Below, in pieces: positions 9,486 to 21,340 of a DNA stretch of 64,000 nucleotides (position 1 is the stretch's first letter; every line of letters starts with the position of its first letter). Location: assembly GCA_040081625.1 (NCBI GenBank), contig JBEBGD010000002.1:1-64000 (forward strand). The letters are read 5' to 3'. The notes under the pieces were generated by a model. It was not told the DNA's origin and did not search any database. It worked only from the letters and a program-made list of their open reading frames with translations. The DNA comes from Chthoniobacteraceae bacterium. Its GTDB lineage: Bacteria > Verrucomicrobiota > Verrucomicrobiia > Chthoniobacterales > Chthoniobacteraceae. A program made the translations under genes and the position numbers.

Positions 9486-10223
9486 ATGAAAACCACCGCC
9501 ACACTCCTCGCACTTCTCACCTCTGCGTCGTTCGCGGCCGACAACGTCGCGCCCGATGGTTTCGTCGCGCTATTCAACGGCAAGGACTTCGCCGGCTGGA
9601 AGGTGCCGGCGGGCGACAACGGCCACTGGAAGGTCGTCGATGGAGTGATCGACTACGACGCGCGCAGCGAGGCGGGCGCCGACAAGAGCCTGTGGACCGA
9701 GCGCGAGTTCACCGACTACACGCTGCTCGTTGATTGGCGCATCAAGGAGACGCCCTACACGAATCCGCGCGTGCGTTACATCCTGCCCGATGGCTCCGAG
9801 GCGCGCGACACGAAGGGCCAGCCGCTCGCGCTCGCGCTGCCGGACTCCGACTCCGGCGTGCTTCTATGCGGGAGCGGCAAATATCAACTCAACATCTGGT
9901 GCTGGCCGATCGGCTCGGGCGAGATGTATGGCGTGCGCCGAGATCCGGCGATGCCGCCGGAAGTGCGCGCGGGCGTGACGCCGCGCACGCAGGCCGACAA
10001 GCCTGTCGGCGAGTGGAATCGCTTCGAGGTCACGGTGCGCAAAGGCAGCGTGAGCGTGACGCTCAATGGCCAGCCCGTGCTCCCCGGCGTGAAGATCCCC
10101 GGCTTGCCCGAGCGCGGTGCAATCGGGCTCCAGCATCACGGCGGCGAGAAGAACGGACAGTGGTCGAGCCCGCCGGCGCTCGTGCAGTTCAAGAACGTCT
10201 TCATCAAGGAGCTGAAGCCGTGA
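9486..10223 (+). CDS. DUF1080 secreted protein
   Basis: GFVALFNGKDFAGW, DSGV, GEWNRFEV, IGLQHH, FKNVFIKEL. Confidence 0.88.
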   Translation: MKTTATLLALLTSASFAADNVAPDGFVALFNGKDFAGWKVPAGDNGHWKVVDGVIDYDARSEAGADKSLWTEREFTDYTLLVDWRIKETPYTNPRVRYILPDGSEARDTKGQPLALALPDSDSGVLLCGSGKYQLNIWCWPIGSGEMYGVRRDPAMPPEVRAGVTPRTQADKPVGEWNRFEVTVRKGSVSVTLNGQPVLPGVKIPGLPERGAIGLQHHGGEKNGQWSSPPALVQFKNVFIKELKP

Positions 10224-10245
10224 AGTAAAGCGCGGCGGCGCAAAG

Positions 10246-10680
10246 TTACTCGTCGCAGGTGCAGGCGTATTCGGGGTTGGGGCAGCCGCCGCAGGTGTGA
10301 GTGAGGAGCTTGATGCGGAAGTTCCTCGGCTTCGCGTCGGCGCTGGCCTTCGCCTGCACGACGACTTGATAGCCTTCGCCCGCGGGGAGCGGTGCTTTGG
10401 ACACGAGGAGGTCGCCCTTCTTTTCAAACTCCAGCTTGGTCTTCGCGCCGGGCGCTTCGGCGGTGGCGACGATGACTTGCGCGGCGGCGGGCTGCTTCTT
10501 CCCGGCTGCGTCGTAGAAGGCGATGCTGATGGTGCGGTCTTTCTCGACGAAGAACTCGGCGTTCTGGCCTTCGAGTTCGAGGATGCGGCCTTTGCGCGGG
10601 CCAGCTTTGACTTTCGCATCCGCGAGCGCGGGCGCGACGGCGAGGGCGAGGACGGTGAGGATACGGAGCAGTGTTTTCAT
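10246..10680 (-). CDS. exported protein with Cys-rich C-terminus, last gene of the efflux operon
   Basis: Signal peptide, AGPRKGRIL, C-terminal HTCGGCPNPEYACTCDE; ATGA coupling to the RND gene. Confidence 0.75.
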   Translation of the reverse strand: MKTLLRILTVLALAVAPALADAKVKAGPRKGRILELEGQNAEFFVEKDRTISIAFYDAAGKKQPAAAQVIVATAEAPGAKTKLEFEKKGDLLVSKAPLPAGEGYQVVVQAKASADAKPRNFRIKLLTHTCGGCPNPEYACTCDE

Positions 10681-13600
10681 GTGGTGATCAATTCCGGCGC
10701 GGGTGTGTTGGTTTCGTTTGTTGTTTTGGTTTTCCGCTCAAGCCACTCGTAGAGCACCGGGACGACGAGGAGCGTGAGGAAAGTGGAGGTGATGATGCCG
10801 CCGATGACGACAGTCGCGAGCGGACGCTGGACTTCCGCGCCCGCGCCGGTGGCGATGGCCATCGGGACGAAGCCGAGCGAGGCGACGAGCGCGGTCATGA
10901 GCTTCGGGCGAAGGCGGGTGAGCGTGCCCTCGACGACGGCGTCGCGCAGCGCGCGGCCCTGCCCGCGGAGTTGATTGATGAAGCTGATGAGCATGATGCC
11001 GTTGAGCACCGCGATGCCGCTGAGCGCGATGAAGCCGACGGCGGCGGAGATGGTGAAAGGCATCCCGCGCAGCCACAGCGCGAAGATACCGCCGGTGCCG
11101 GCGAGCGGCACGCAGAGGAAGATGAGCGCGGCCTGCCGCAGCGAACCGAAGCTGAGGAAAATCAGGACGAAGATGAGCGCGAGGGCGAGCGGCACGACAA
11201 TGGCGAGGCGCTGTCTGGCTTCGACGAGGTTCTGGAACTGCCCGCCGAACTCGAAGTAGTAGCCATCGGGAAACTTCACCTTCTCGCGAATGGCGCGCGT
11301 GGCTTCCTCGACGAAGCCGGCGGTGTCGCGGCCACGCACATTGATGAGGACGCTCACGCGGCGCTGCGTGTCCTCGCGAACGATCTGCACGGGCTGCTCG
11401 ACGAGCTTCACTTTCGCCACCTGGCCGAGCGCGAGCAGGCCGCCCGCTTCGGTGCGCAGCGGCAGGCGCTCCATCGCGGCGATGTCGTTGCGCCGCTCCT
11501 CGCCGAGCCGCACGAGGATCGGCGTGCGGCGGTTGCCTTCGATGAGCGTGCCGACTTCCTTGCCGGCGAGCGCGGTTTCGACGAGCCGGTTGAGGTCGTC
11601 GGCGTGGACGTTGAATTTTCGCAGCGCGTCGCGGTCGGGCTGGATCTCGACCATCGGGTTCTTGCCGATGCTGTCGAACTCGGTCTCGCCGCCGCCCTTG
11701 ATCGCGCCGAGCGCCACGCGCACTTCGCCGGCGAGCCGCTCGAGTTCGTCGTAGCTGTCGCCGAAAATCTTGCACATGAGGTCGGCGCGCGAACCGGCCA
11801 TGATTTCGTTGAAGCGCATCTGGATCGGCTGCGAGACGAGGACGCTCTGCCCGGGAACCTGGTCGAGCAGGGCTTTGCGCATCAGGTTTCCCAGCTCTTC
11901 CTTGGTGATGCGGCGGCCATCAACTTTCCGCCACGTCTCGCGCGGCTGGAGCATCAGGTAGGTGTCGGCGACGTTCGGATTCATGGGGTCGGTGGCGACC
12001 TCGGCGGTGCCGATGCGCGAGAATATTTCTTTCACCTCGGGGAACTCGCGGCGCAGCACGGCTTCGCTCTGCTTTTGCAAATCGACCGACGCGGTGAGTC
12101 CCGCGCTGCTGCTGCGGATGAGCTGGAAAGTGAAATCGCCCTCGTCGAGCTGCGGGATGAACTCGGAGCCCATCCGCGAGAACACGAACAGCGACACGCC
12201 GAAAAGCGCGACCATCGGCAGCACCACGAGCCAGCGCGCGCGCAGCCCGAAATGGAGCAGCGGCGTGTAGATGCGCTTCGTGAGCGTGACGAGCCAGTTG
12301 TCCCGCTCCTCGATTTTTCCGCGCAAAAACAGCGAGCAGAGCACCGGCATGAGCGTGAGCGCGAGGACGAGCGAACCGCCGAGCGCGAGCATCACGACCA
12401 CGGCCATCGGCTTGAACATTTTCCCCTCGATGCCCTGCAGCGCGAGGATCGGCAGATAGACGACGGTGATGATGAGCACGCCGAAGAACATCGGATTCGC
12501 GACTTCCTTCGCGGAGTGCAGGACTTCGCGCGCGCGTTCGGCGGCGGTGAGCCGGCGGCCGAGGGCGTGCTGCCGTTCGCCGAGATGACGCACGATGTTT
12601 TCCACCATCACCACCGCGCCATCGATGATGAGGCCGAAATCAATCGCGCCGAGGCTCATCAGGTTTCCGCTCAGCCGCAGTTCGACCATGCCGGTCATGG
12701 CGAAAAGCATCGAGAGCGGGATGACGAGCGCGACGATCAAGGCGGCGCGCCAGTTCCCGAGCAGCGCGAAGAGCACCACGACGACGAGCAGCGCGCCTTC
12801 CGCGAGATTCGTTTCGACGGTGCGGATGGTGCGGTTCACCAGCTCGCTGCGGTCGTAGAGCGGGCGGATGATGACGCCCGGCGGCAGCTTTTCCTGAATG
12901 TGCGCGAGTTTCTCCTTCACGGCCTCGGCGACGAGCCGCGTGTTCTCGCCCGCGAGCATGATCGCCGCGCCGACGAGCGCTTCGTCCGCGTCGTCGGTGC
13001 TCGCGCCGGTGCGGAAGTTCGTGCCGATGCCGACGGTGGCGACTTCGCCGAGCAGGATCGGGTTCACGCCGCCGGCGAATTTCAGCGGCAGCTTCGCGAT
13101 TTCGTCGGTCGTCGAGACTCGGCTCGCGGCGCGGACGATGAGCTGCTCGCCGCCGATCTCGACGTAGCCGCCACCGGCGTTGCGCGTGTTCTGCTCGACG
13201 ATCTCCGCGAGCGCATCGAGCGAAAGCCCCGCCGCCGCGAGCCGCGCCGGGTCAGGCTGGATGACGATCTGCTTTTCGTAGCCGCCGCTGGTATTCACCT
13301 CCGCGACGCCGACGGTGCCGCGCAGCAACGGCTTCACCTGGTATTCCTGGATTTGCAGCAACTCCATGAGCTGCTCCTCGCGCGTCGCGGGCTTGTGCGG
13401 CGCGTCGGCGGTGTAGTCGAGGCCGTAGTAGAAAATCTCGCCGAGCCCGGTGGCGATCGGCGCGAGGCGCGGCGTGACGCCGGGCGGGAATTCATCGAGC
13501 ACGCCCTGGAGCCGCTCGGTCACGAGCTGGCGGAGGCGGTAAAGATCCACGCCGTCCTTGAAAGTCATCGTCACCTGCGAGAGCCCGAACTTCGACAACG

Positions 13601-13850
13601 ACCGCAGCTCCGTCATGTCGGGAAGGCCGGCCATCTCGCTCTCGATGGGGAAGGTGACGAGCTTCTCGACTTCCTCCGGCGCGAGCGCGGGCACGCCGGT
13701 ATTGATCTGCACCTGCGGATTCGTGATGTCCGGCACCGCATCGATCGCCAGCCGCGTCGCCGCCCACGCGCCGACGGCGATGAGGACGAACGTGGCGAGC
13801 AGCACGGCAGCGCGCTGCCGCAGGACGATCTCGATGAGGCGGTGCAGCAT
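10677..13850 (-). CDS. czcA: CusA/CzcA heavy-metal efflux RND transporter
   Basis: IDAVPDITNPQVQIN, GNLMSLGAIDFG, VQRPLATVVIGG. Confidence 0.93.
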   Translation of the reverse strand: MLHRLIEIVLRQRAAVLLATFVLIAVGAWAATRLAIDAVPDITNPQVQINTGVPALAPEEVEKLVTFPIESEMAGLPDMTELRSLSKFGLSQVTMTFKDGVDLYRLRQLVTERLQGVLDEFPPGVTPRLAPIATGLGEIFYYGLDYTADAPHKPATREEQLMELLQIQEYQVKPLLRGTVGVAEVNTSGGYEKQIVIQPDPARLAAAGLSLDALAEIVEQNTRNAGGGYVEIGGEQLIVRAASRVSTTDEIAKLPLKFAGGVNPILLGEVATVGIGTNFRTGASTDDADEALVGAAIMLAGENTRLVAEAVKEKLAHIQEKLPPGVIIRPLYDRSELVNRTIRTVETNLAEGALLVVVVLFALLGNWRAALIVALVIPLSMLFAMTGMVELRLSGNLMSLGAIDFGLIIDGAVVMVENIVRHLGERQHALGRRLTAAERAREVLHSAKEVANPMFFGVLIITVVYLPILALQGIEGKMFKPMAVVVMLALGGSLVLALTLMPVLCSLFLRGKIEERDNWLVTLTKRIYTPLLHFGLRARWLVVLPMVALFGVSLFVFSRMGSEFIPQLDEGDFTFQLIRSSSAGLTASVDLQKQSEAVLRREFPEVKEIFSRIGTAEVATDPMNPNVADTYLMLQPRETWRKVDGRRITKEELGNLMRKALLDQVPGQSVLVSQPIQMRFNEIMAGSRADLMCKIFGDSYDELERLAGEVRVALGAIKGGGETEFDSIGKNPMVEIQPDRDALRKFNVHADDLNRLVETALAGKEVGTLIEGNRRTPILVRLGEERRNDIAAMERLPLRTEAGGLLALGQVAKVKLVEQPVQIVREDTQRRVSVLINVRGRDTAGFVEEATRAIREKVKFPDGYYFEFGGQFQNLVEARQRLAIVVPLALALIFVLIFLSFGSLRQAALIFLCVPLAGTGGIFALWLRGMPFTISAAVGFIALSGIAVLNGIMLISFINQLRGQGRALRDAVVEGTLTRLRPKLMTALVASLGFVPMAIATGAGAEVQRPLATVVIGGIITSTFLTLLVVPVLYEWLERKTKTTNETNTPAPELITT

Positions 13851-13852
13851 GG

Positions 13853-14590
13853 CTACTCGACGATGCAGCACGCTTTGCCGCCGCGCAGGGCTTGCAGTTC
13901 GGCGAGCCAGAGCGACATGACCGGCGAAACGACAACCTCGTCGCCGGTGTAAAGCCCGTCCGTGATCTCGGCGTGATCATCGCTCATCGCGCCGACCTTC
14001 ACCGGAGTGCGCACGTAGAAGTCGGCGTTCACCGCATAGACGAAGTGTCCTTCCGCCGTCGTGAGCAGCGCCGAGCGCGGGATGGCCGTGACTGCCTCGC
14101 CCGCCGGCGCGCGGAAGGTGGCGAGCATGCGCGCGCCGGTCGGAAGCGGCGATGCGCTTTCCACGCTCACCTCGAAATCGCCGAGCGTCTGATACGGCGC
14201 TTTCTCCACGCGCTTCACCACGCCGCGCTCACGCGGAGCGCCGGGCGTGTCGGCGACCAGTTCCACGTCCATGCCGGGCTTCACGATGGCCGCCTGTTCG
14301 GAAGTCAGCCAGCCGGACGCCGCATTCGCCGTCGGCGAGAAAGCCACGCGCTGAATGCCGCCCACGTCCGCCATGACGTGCAGCGCGACCGTGAACGACG
14401 GCGCGACCTTTGCCTCCTCGACTTCCGCGACTTTGAGCGCGATCGCCGTTTTCATCGAGTCGGTGAGCGCCACCCCTTTGTCCTTCTTGTATTGCGCCCC
14501 GTTCTCCGGCGGCTGCGCGTGGTGTTCCGCGGTCGGCTTCGAGCAAGCCGCGAGCGCGGCGGCGGCGAGGATTGGGAGCAGTGTCTTCAT
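13853..14590 (-). CDS. short RND periplasmic adaptor (CzcB-like lipoprotein)
   Basis: Lipobox LAAC, AIPRSAL, EITDGLYTGDEVV; lies between the TolC and RND genes. Confidence 0.75.
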   Translation of the reverse strand: MKTLLPILAAAALAACSKPTAEHHAQPPENGAQYKKDKGVALTDSMKTAIALKVAEVEEAKVAPSFTVALHVMADVGGIQRVAFSPTANAASGWLTSEQAAIVKPGMDVELVADTPGAPRERGVVKRVEKAPYQTLGDFEVSVESASPLPTGARMLATFRAPAGEAVTAIPRSALLTTAEGHFVYAVNADFYVRTPVKVGAMSDDHAEITDGLYTGDEVVVSPVMSLWLAELQALRGGKACCIVE

Positions 14591-15819
14591 TTGGTGAGTT
14601 TGGTTCCGGTGAGCAGTTCTAGTTCGGCCTGCGCATTCAGCGTGTCGGCCTGGGTGGCGTAGATGGCTTCGAGTGCTTCGAGGTAGCTGGATTGCACTTC
14701 GAGGTAAGTGGCGAGCGGCACCGCTCCGAGCCGGTAGTGGCGATCCGCGAGCGCGGCCGCTTCGCGCAGTTGTTCGGCGACCTTCGGACTCCAGCGCGCC
14801 ATTTCCTTGCGGTGCAGTTCGTAGGCGGCGGCCTGCACGCGGATCTTCCGCTCGACTTCGCGCTGCGCGAGCCGCAGCGAAGTCTGCGCCTGAAGTTCGC
14901 GCGCTTTCGCCGCCTCGACATTGCCGGTGTTGCGGTTCCAAAGTGGCAGCGGCAACGACACACCGACGCCCGCGACCGTTTCCTTTTCGCCCGCCTTTTC
15001 CTGCGAAACATGCGGCCCGACCGTGATGCTCGGCCACGCCTCGTTCTCGCTGAGCCGCACCTTGAAACCCTGCTGCGCGAGTTCGATCTCACGCTGGCGC
15101 AGCGTGAAGTTGCCGCGTGCCGCGCGGCGGATGAGCTCCTCCGCGCCGGGCAGGTCGGCGAAATTCAGCGTCACGTCCGCGACCGCCAGCGGCATCTGAA
15201 TTGGAAGACCGCGCAGTTGGTTGAGTTCGTAAAGCGCGCTCTGCGCTTCCTGCGCAGCCTCGCTCGCGTCGCGTCGCAGTTTGATGACCGAGGCTTCGAT
15301 GGCGCGCGTTTCGAGCAGCGGCGTCACGCCCGCCGGTTCGCGCTGCACGAGCGTGGCGACCAACTCCTCACCCCGGCCCGAAACTTCGCGCGCGGCATCC
15401 GCCCGACGCTGCGCCGTGAACAGTGCAAACCCGCGCCGTCGAACCTCCGCAGCGAGCGCTGCGCGAAATTGCTCCAGCCCCGCATCCGCGAGCTGCACCT
15501 GACGATCCGCGATGGCCTTGCGCAGCGAAATGCGGCCCGGCCATTCAAATGTCTGCTGCACCGAGACCGCCCACGCCGTTCCCTCCGCAGCCACATCGCC
15601 GCGCACGCGCTTGCGCCCGACTTCGCCCGCGATCTCGGGATTCGCCCAGGCCCCCGCCGCCCTGCGCTCGCCCTTCGCCGCTGCGATCTCGGCTTCGAAA
15701 AACTTGAGTTCGGGATTCTGGGCGAGCGTCTGCGCGACGAGTGCATCGAGCGTGACTGGCTCCGCCGCGCAGAGCGGCAGGGCGAGGATGATTGGAAATA
15801 GTGAGCGGAAGATTTTCAT
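14587..15819 (-). CDS. TolC-family outer membrane efflux protein (CzcC-like)
   Basis: LAQNPEL, WANPEI, VSLPLPLWNRNTGN OEP repeats. Confidence 0.88.
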   Translation of the reverse strand: MKIFRSLFPIILALPLCAAEPVTLDALVAQTLAQNPELKFFEAEIAAAKGERRAAGAWANPEIAGEVGRKRVRGDVAAEGTAWAVSVQQTFEWPGRISLRKAIADRQVQLADAGLEQFRAALAAEVRRRGFALFTAQRRADAAREVSGRGEELVATLVQREPAGVTPLLETRAIEASVIKLRRDASEAAQEAQSALYELNQLRGLPIQMPLAVADVTLNFADLPGAEELIRRAARGNFTLRQREIELAQQGFKVRLSENEAWPSITVGPHVSQEKAGEKETVAGVGVSLPLPLWNRNTGNVEAAKARELQAQTSLRLAQREVERKIRVQAAAYELHRKEMARWSPKVAEQLREAAALADRHYRLGAVPLATYLEVQSSYLEALEAIYATQADTLNAQAELELLTGTKLTK

Positions 15820-15928
15820 GGATGAGTGTTGGCGTAACAAAGAAGGGCGGAACGGCGCGGCGAAGCGCCCCGGCGCGCGAGAGCGCACCGCAAAACGAGG
15901 TGGCCGAAATCCGAACGGACCCCGGCCC

Positions 15929-16336
15929 TTAACCCACGAGCGAAGGCCCGCGCACCGGTAGCGCCTTCATCAACCCATCACGCCACGCCGGCGAAGGAAT
16001 CGCCTCCGGCTCCGGCGGCGACTCATCGCTTTCCGCGAGGGAGGCAGCCATGATCCGGCGCAAGAGCGCGGCGATGTCATCGTCATCCCTCCACACCGGC
16101 GCCGTGATGGTCAGCGGCACGAGCGAGGCGAGATTCACCCCCGACTCGAGCGTCGCACAAGGCGCGCAATCCTTCCCACCGCAAGGCAACCCGCGCTCCG
16201 ATTCTCCCGACGATTCCTCGCCCGGACAGCACTCCTCGACCTCCCCCGGAAACGCCGCCGCAATCGCACAGCGGTTCGTGGAACACACGAACAGCAAAGC
16301 AAGGAAAGCGGCGAAGATGGTGCGAAGAGATCCCAT
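15929..16336 (-). CDS. Cys-rich small exported protein heading the efflux operon
   Basis: Hydrophobic N-terminus, ECC...CGGKDCAPCATLE, C-terminal LPVRGPS; position typical of CzcI-like leader genes. Confidence 0.55.
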   Translation of the reverse strand: MGSLRTIFAAFLALLFVCSTNRCAIAAAFPGEVEECCPGEESSGESERGLPCGGKDCAPCATLESGVNLASLVPLTITAPVWRDDDDIAALLRRIMAASLAESDESPPEPEAIPSPAWRDGLMKALPVRGPSLVG

Positions 16337-16443
16337 GAACCATGTGCTCAATAGGCCAACGAGCGTTCCTGGCAAGCTCGCTGGATACGGGGCGCATGAC
16401 GAATCCTCAACGAGGTGGACCTGCCGCCGGATCGTCTCCACCG

Positions 16444-16482
16444 AAAAGAAAACCGGCGCCGCCCCTCGCGGAGCGGCGCCGG
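16444..16482 (-). terminator. intrinsic terminator after glnK
   Basis: CCGGCGCCGC/GCGGCGCCGG stem followed by TTTTCTTTT on the minus strand. Confidence 0.8.
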
Positions 16483-16516
16483 CCAGTGGCTCTCTCGTCC
16501 TCGTCAGAAACCAAAC

Positions 16517-18420
<1,904 letters not shown>

Positions 18421-18507
18421 CAGGTGGATACGATGGGTGTTGTTTGTTTTTGAACGGAGACGCCCAGCCGGATTCCCGGTAGGCGACGCGGTGTGCGCGG
18501 CGCCCTT

Positions 18508-18523
18508 AGCAGTGGGTATGCCA
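18508..18523 (-). promoter_or_regulatory. sigma54 (-24/-12) promoter of amtB-glnK
   Basis: Minus strand TGGCATACCCACTGCT = GG-N10-GC, about 90 nt upstream of the amtB ATG. Confidence 0.7.
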
Positions 18524-18702
18524 GCACCGCTTTCGGCGCCGCGTGACAGAGAAAGAAAGTCCGCGCCCGCAACCCGCTGCGGGATCACGTGCGCATTTTC
18601 CGCCAACGCTCGCGCGCCGTGTGCAAATTGCTCCATCCCGGTCGTTCCCCGGTCGGGCAAAGCCGGCTTTGCGCTCGACCTCCACGCGGGCTAACTGCGC
18701 CG

Positions 18703-20409
18703 GTGCGCTGGATTTTCCCCGAAGCCCTCGACCCAACCGCCGTCGCGGCGCTCTCGCGACAACTCGGCGTGCCCGAACTCACCGCGAGCCTGCTCATGCG
18801 CCGCGGGCATGGCGATCCGGCGGTCGCCGCGGCCTTTCTCGATCCGCGCCTGAAGTCCCTGCGCGACCCCTTTCTCCTGCCGGCCATGGAGACCGCGATC
18901 GCGCGCGTCTGTGCGGCCATCGACCGGCACGAGAAGATCGCGCTCTACGGCGACTACGACGTGGACGGCGTCACTTCGATCGCACTGCTCTGCCGCGTCC
19001 TGCGCGCGTCGGGCGCGGAGCCGGCGTGCTTCCTGCCGCATCGGATCGATGAAGGCTACGGGCTGAGCGCCGACGGCCTCGCTCGTTGCCTCGACGAGCA
19101 CCACCCGCGTCTCCTCATCGCCGTCGATTGCGGCACCACCGCCGTCGCCGAGATCGCAATGCTGCGCGAGAAGGGCGTCGATGTGATCGTGCTCGATCAT
19201 CACTCCGCCGCCGGGTCGCTGCCGGATTGCCTCGCGCTCGTGAACCCAAAGTGCGGCAGCGAGACTGATCATCATCTGTGCAGCGCGGGGCTCGCGTTCA
19301 AATTCGCCCACGCCCTGTTCAAGCGCCGTCCCGTTCCCGGCTTCGATCTGCGCGACCTGCTCGATCTCGTCGCCCTCGGCACCGTCGCCGACCTCGTGCC
19401 GTTGATCGACGAGAACCGCATCTTCGTGAAACACGGACTGCTCCGGCTTGCGGACTCGCGCTGGGCAGGCCTGCGCGCGCTCAGCGAGGTCGCCGGGCTG
19501 CGTCCGCCGCTCAATGGCGGCCACGTTGCCTTCGGACTTGGTCCGCGGCTTAACGCGGCGGGACGCCTCGGCACCGCGCTGAAGTCGCTCGAGCTGCTGC
19601 TCACCGACGATCCCGCCGTAGCCCGCTCGATCTCGCAGGAACTCGACGAGCAGAACCGCGAGCGGCGCGCGGTCGAGGAGCAAGTCTTCCTCGAAGCCGA
19701 GGAGCAGATCGCGGGGTGGTTCGACGCGTGCCGGCACGCGGCAATCGTCGCTGGCTCCCCGAAGTGGCATCCGGGAGTGGTCGGGATCGTCGCCTCCCGG
19801 CTGGTGCGGCGGCATCATCGGCCCACGATCGTCGTGAGCTTCTCCGGCGAAGGCGCCGGCAAAGGGAGCGGGCGCAGTATCGACGGGTTCTCCCTCGTCA
19901 CTGCGCTCAACCGCTGCGACGCGCAACTCGAACGCCACGGCGGGCACGACATGGCCGCGGGCGTCTCGCTCATGCCCGACCGCTTCGATCATTTTCGCGA
20001 CGCCTTCCTCGCCGTCGCCCACGAATCGCTCGACGCCGAGAAGCTTCGCCCCCGGATCCATCTCGACGCCGAGCTGCCCCTCAGACAGGTCACGCTCCCG
20101 CTTCTCAGCCACGTGGAGAATCTCGCGCCCTTCGGCTCCGGCCATCGCCAGCCGATCTTCTACGCCCGCGGCGTTTCGCTGTCCGCGCCGCCACGCGTGC
20201 TCAAGGAAAAGCACCTCAGCCTGGAACTCCACCATCACGGCTGGGAAGCGCGCGCGATTTGGTTCGGGAGCGCCGGCGACGAGCTTCCGAGCACCCCTTG
20301 GGATGTCGCCTTCGAGATCGTCCGCAACGAGTATCTCGGACGCGTGACTGCCCAGATTCACCTGCGCGCGGTGCGTGCCGCCGAGCCGGTTTGTTCACAC
20401 GCTGATTAA
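18703..20409 (+). CDS. recJ: ssDNA exonuclease RecJ
   Basis: YGDYDVDG, VDCG, LDHH, GPRLNAAGR, GSGRS, GGHDMAAG; start codon approximate. Confidence 0.95.
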   Translation: MRWIFPEALDPTAVAALSRQLGVPELTASLLMRRGHGDPAVAAAFLDPRLKSLRDPFLLPAMETAIARVCAAIDRHEKIALYGDYDVDGVTSIALLCRVLRASGAEPACFLPHRIDEGYGLSADGLARCLDEHHPRLLIAVDCGTTAVAEIAMLREKGVDVIVLDHHSAAGSLPDCLALVNPKCGSETDHHLCSAGLAFKFAHALFKRRPVPGFDLRDLLDLVALGTVADLVPLIDENRIFVKHGLLRLADSRWAGLRALSEVAGLRPPLNGGHVAFGLGPRLNAAGRLGTALKSLELLLTDDPAVARSISQELDEQNRERRAVEEQVFLEAEEQIAGWFDACRHAAIVAGSPKWHPGVVGIVASRLVRRHHRPTIVVSFSGEGAGKGSGRSIDGFSLVTALNRCDAQLERHGGHDMAAGVSLMPDRFDHFRDAFLAVAHESLDAEKLRPRIHLDAELPLRQVTLPLLSHVENLAPFGSGHRQPIFYARGVSLSAPPRVLKEKHLSLELHHHGWEARAIWFGSAGDELPSTPWDVAFEIVRNEYLGRVTAQIHLRAVRAAEPVCSHAD

Positions 20410-20660
20410 AGACTTCTTTAACTATCTATATAAACATCCTTCTTCATAAGGGTGCGAATAACCCGCCTCGAAGACGTTCGACAGGTGCTGCGGCAGTGTT
20501 CCGCGGAGAAAGAGGTCTGCGAAGAACTACCCGGCAGCGGACCAACGAAGATCGCGAAACCACCCGGCAGAAAAGTTACCCGGCGTTGTCGGCCAGCTTC
20601 ACGGACTTATTCACCGGTTGTTCGAGTAGCGTTTTCGCCAGCTTCTCGACCCACGCTTTG
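20391..20660. other. candidate replication origin (AT-rich tract plus DnaA-box-like 9-mers)
   Basis: TTGTTCACA at 20391, TGCGAATAA at 20453, TTATTCACC at 20607; AT-rich tract at 20405-20450. Confidence 0.4.
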
Positions 20661-21331
20661 CGCGCCAGCGCATCGCGCGCGGCGGCGACTTCCGCCTCCT
20701 TTTTGCTACGACCGTCGCCTCTGCCCAGGAGCACGCCGCGCCACGTCACCTCGGCGTTGAAACGCTTGTCGTGCTCCGGTCCGGCCTGATCGGTGATCGC
20801 GTAGCTCATCGCGATGGTCGAGAGCGACTGCAGGATCTCCTGGAGTTCGCCCTTCGGATTCTTCTCCGATTCATCCTGCCGGATTTCATCCAGTTGCTCG
20901 CGCGACGAGTGCAGGACGACGCGACGAGCCGTGATGTAATCGCTGTCGAGATAGATCGCGCCGATCAACGCCTCGTAGGCGTCCGAGAGCACGCTGGGGC
21001 GCTGCCGTCCACCCGCCGCTTCCTCGCCACGCCCGAGCATCACGAAGCGCCCGAGCTCGAGGCTCTCCGCCAGCGCGCGCAATCCCTCCCGGGAGACAAG
21101 GCGCGCGCGCGCCTTCGTCAGCACACCCTCGGAGGCATCAGGAAACTGCTCGAACAAATACTCGGTGAACACGAGCTGAAGCACCGCGTCGCCGAGGAAT
21201 TCGAGCCGTTGATTGTCGAAATGATGGCGCTGCGTCTCGTGGCCGAGGCTCGGGTGCGTGAGCGCCTCGGCCAGCAGCAGGGCATTGCGGAATTTGTAGC
21301 GCAATCGCGCTTCGAGCGGATTCATCGACAC
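20576..21331 (-). CDS. rnc: ribonuclease III
   Basis: NQRLEFLGDAVL, DAYEALIGAIYLD, dsRBD ending GRSKKEAE. Confidence 0.96.
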   Translation of the reverse strand: MSMNPLEARLRYKFRNALLLAEALTHPSLGHETQRHHFDNQRLEFLGDAVLQLVFTEYLFEQFPDASEGVLTKARARLVSREGLRALAESLELGRFVMLGRGEEAAGGRQRPSVLSDAYEALIGAIYLDSDYITARRVVLHSSREQLDEIRQDESEKNPKGELQEILQSLSTIAMSYAITDQAGPEHDKRFNAEVTWRGVLLGRGDGRSKKEAEVAAARDALARKAWVEKLAKTLLEQPVNKSVKLADNAG

Positions 21332-21340
21332 GGCGCGACT

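Noticed and set aside
15830..15928. Possible metal-sensing (NiCo) riboswitch upstream of the TolC gene
   Set aside because: GC-rich hairpins are present, but I could not match the conserved NiCo junction residues.
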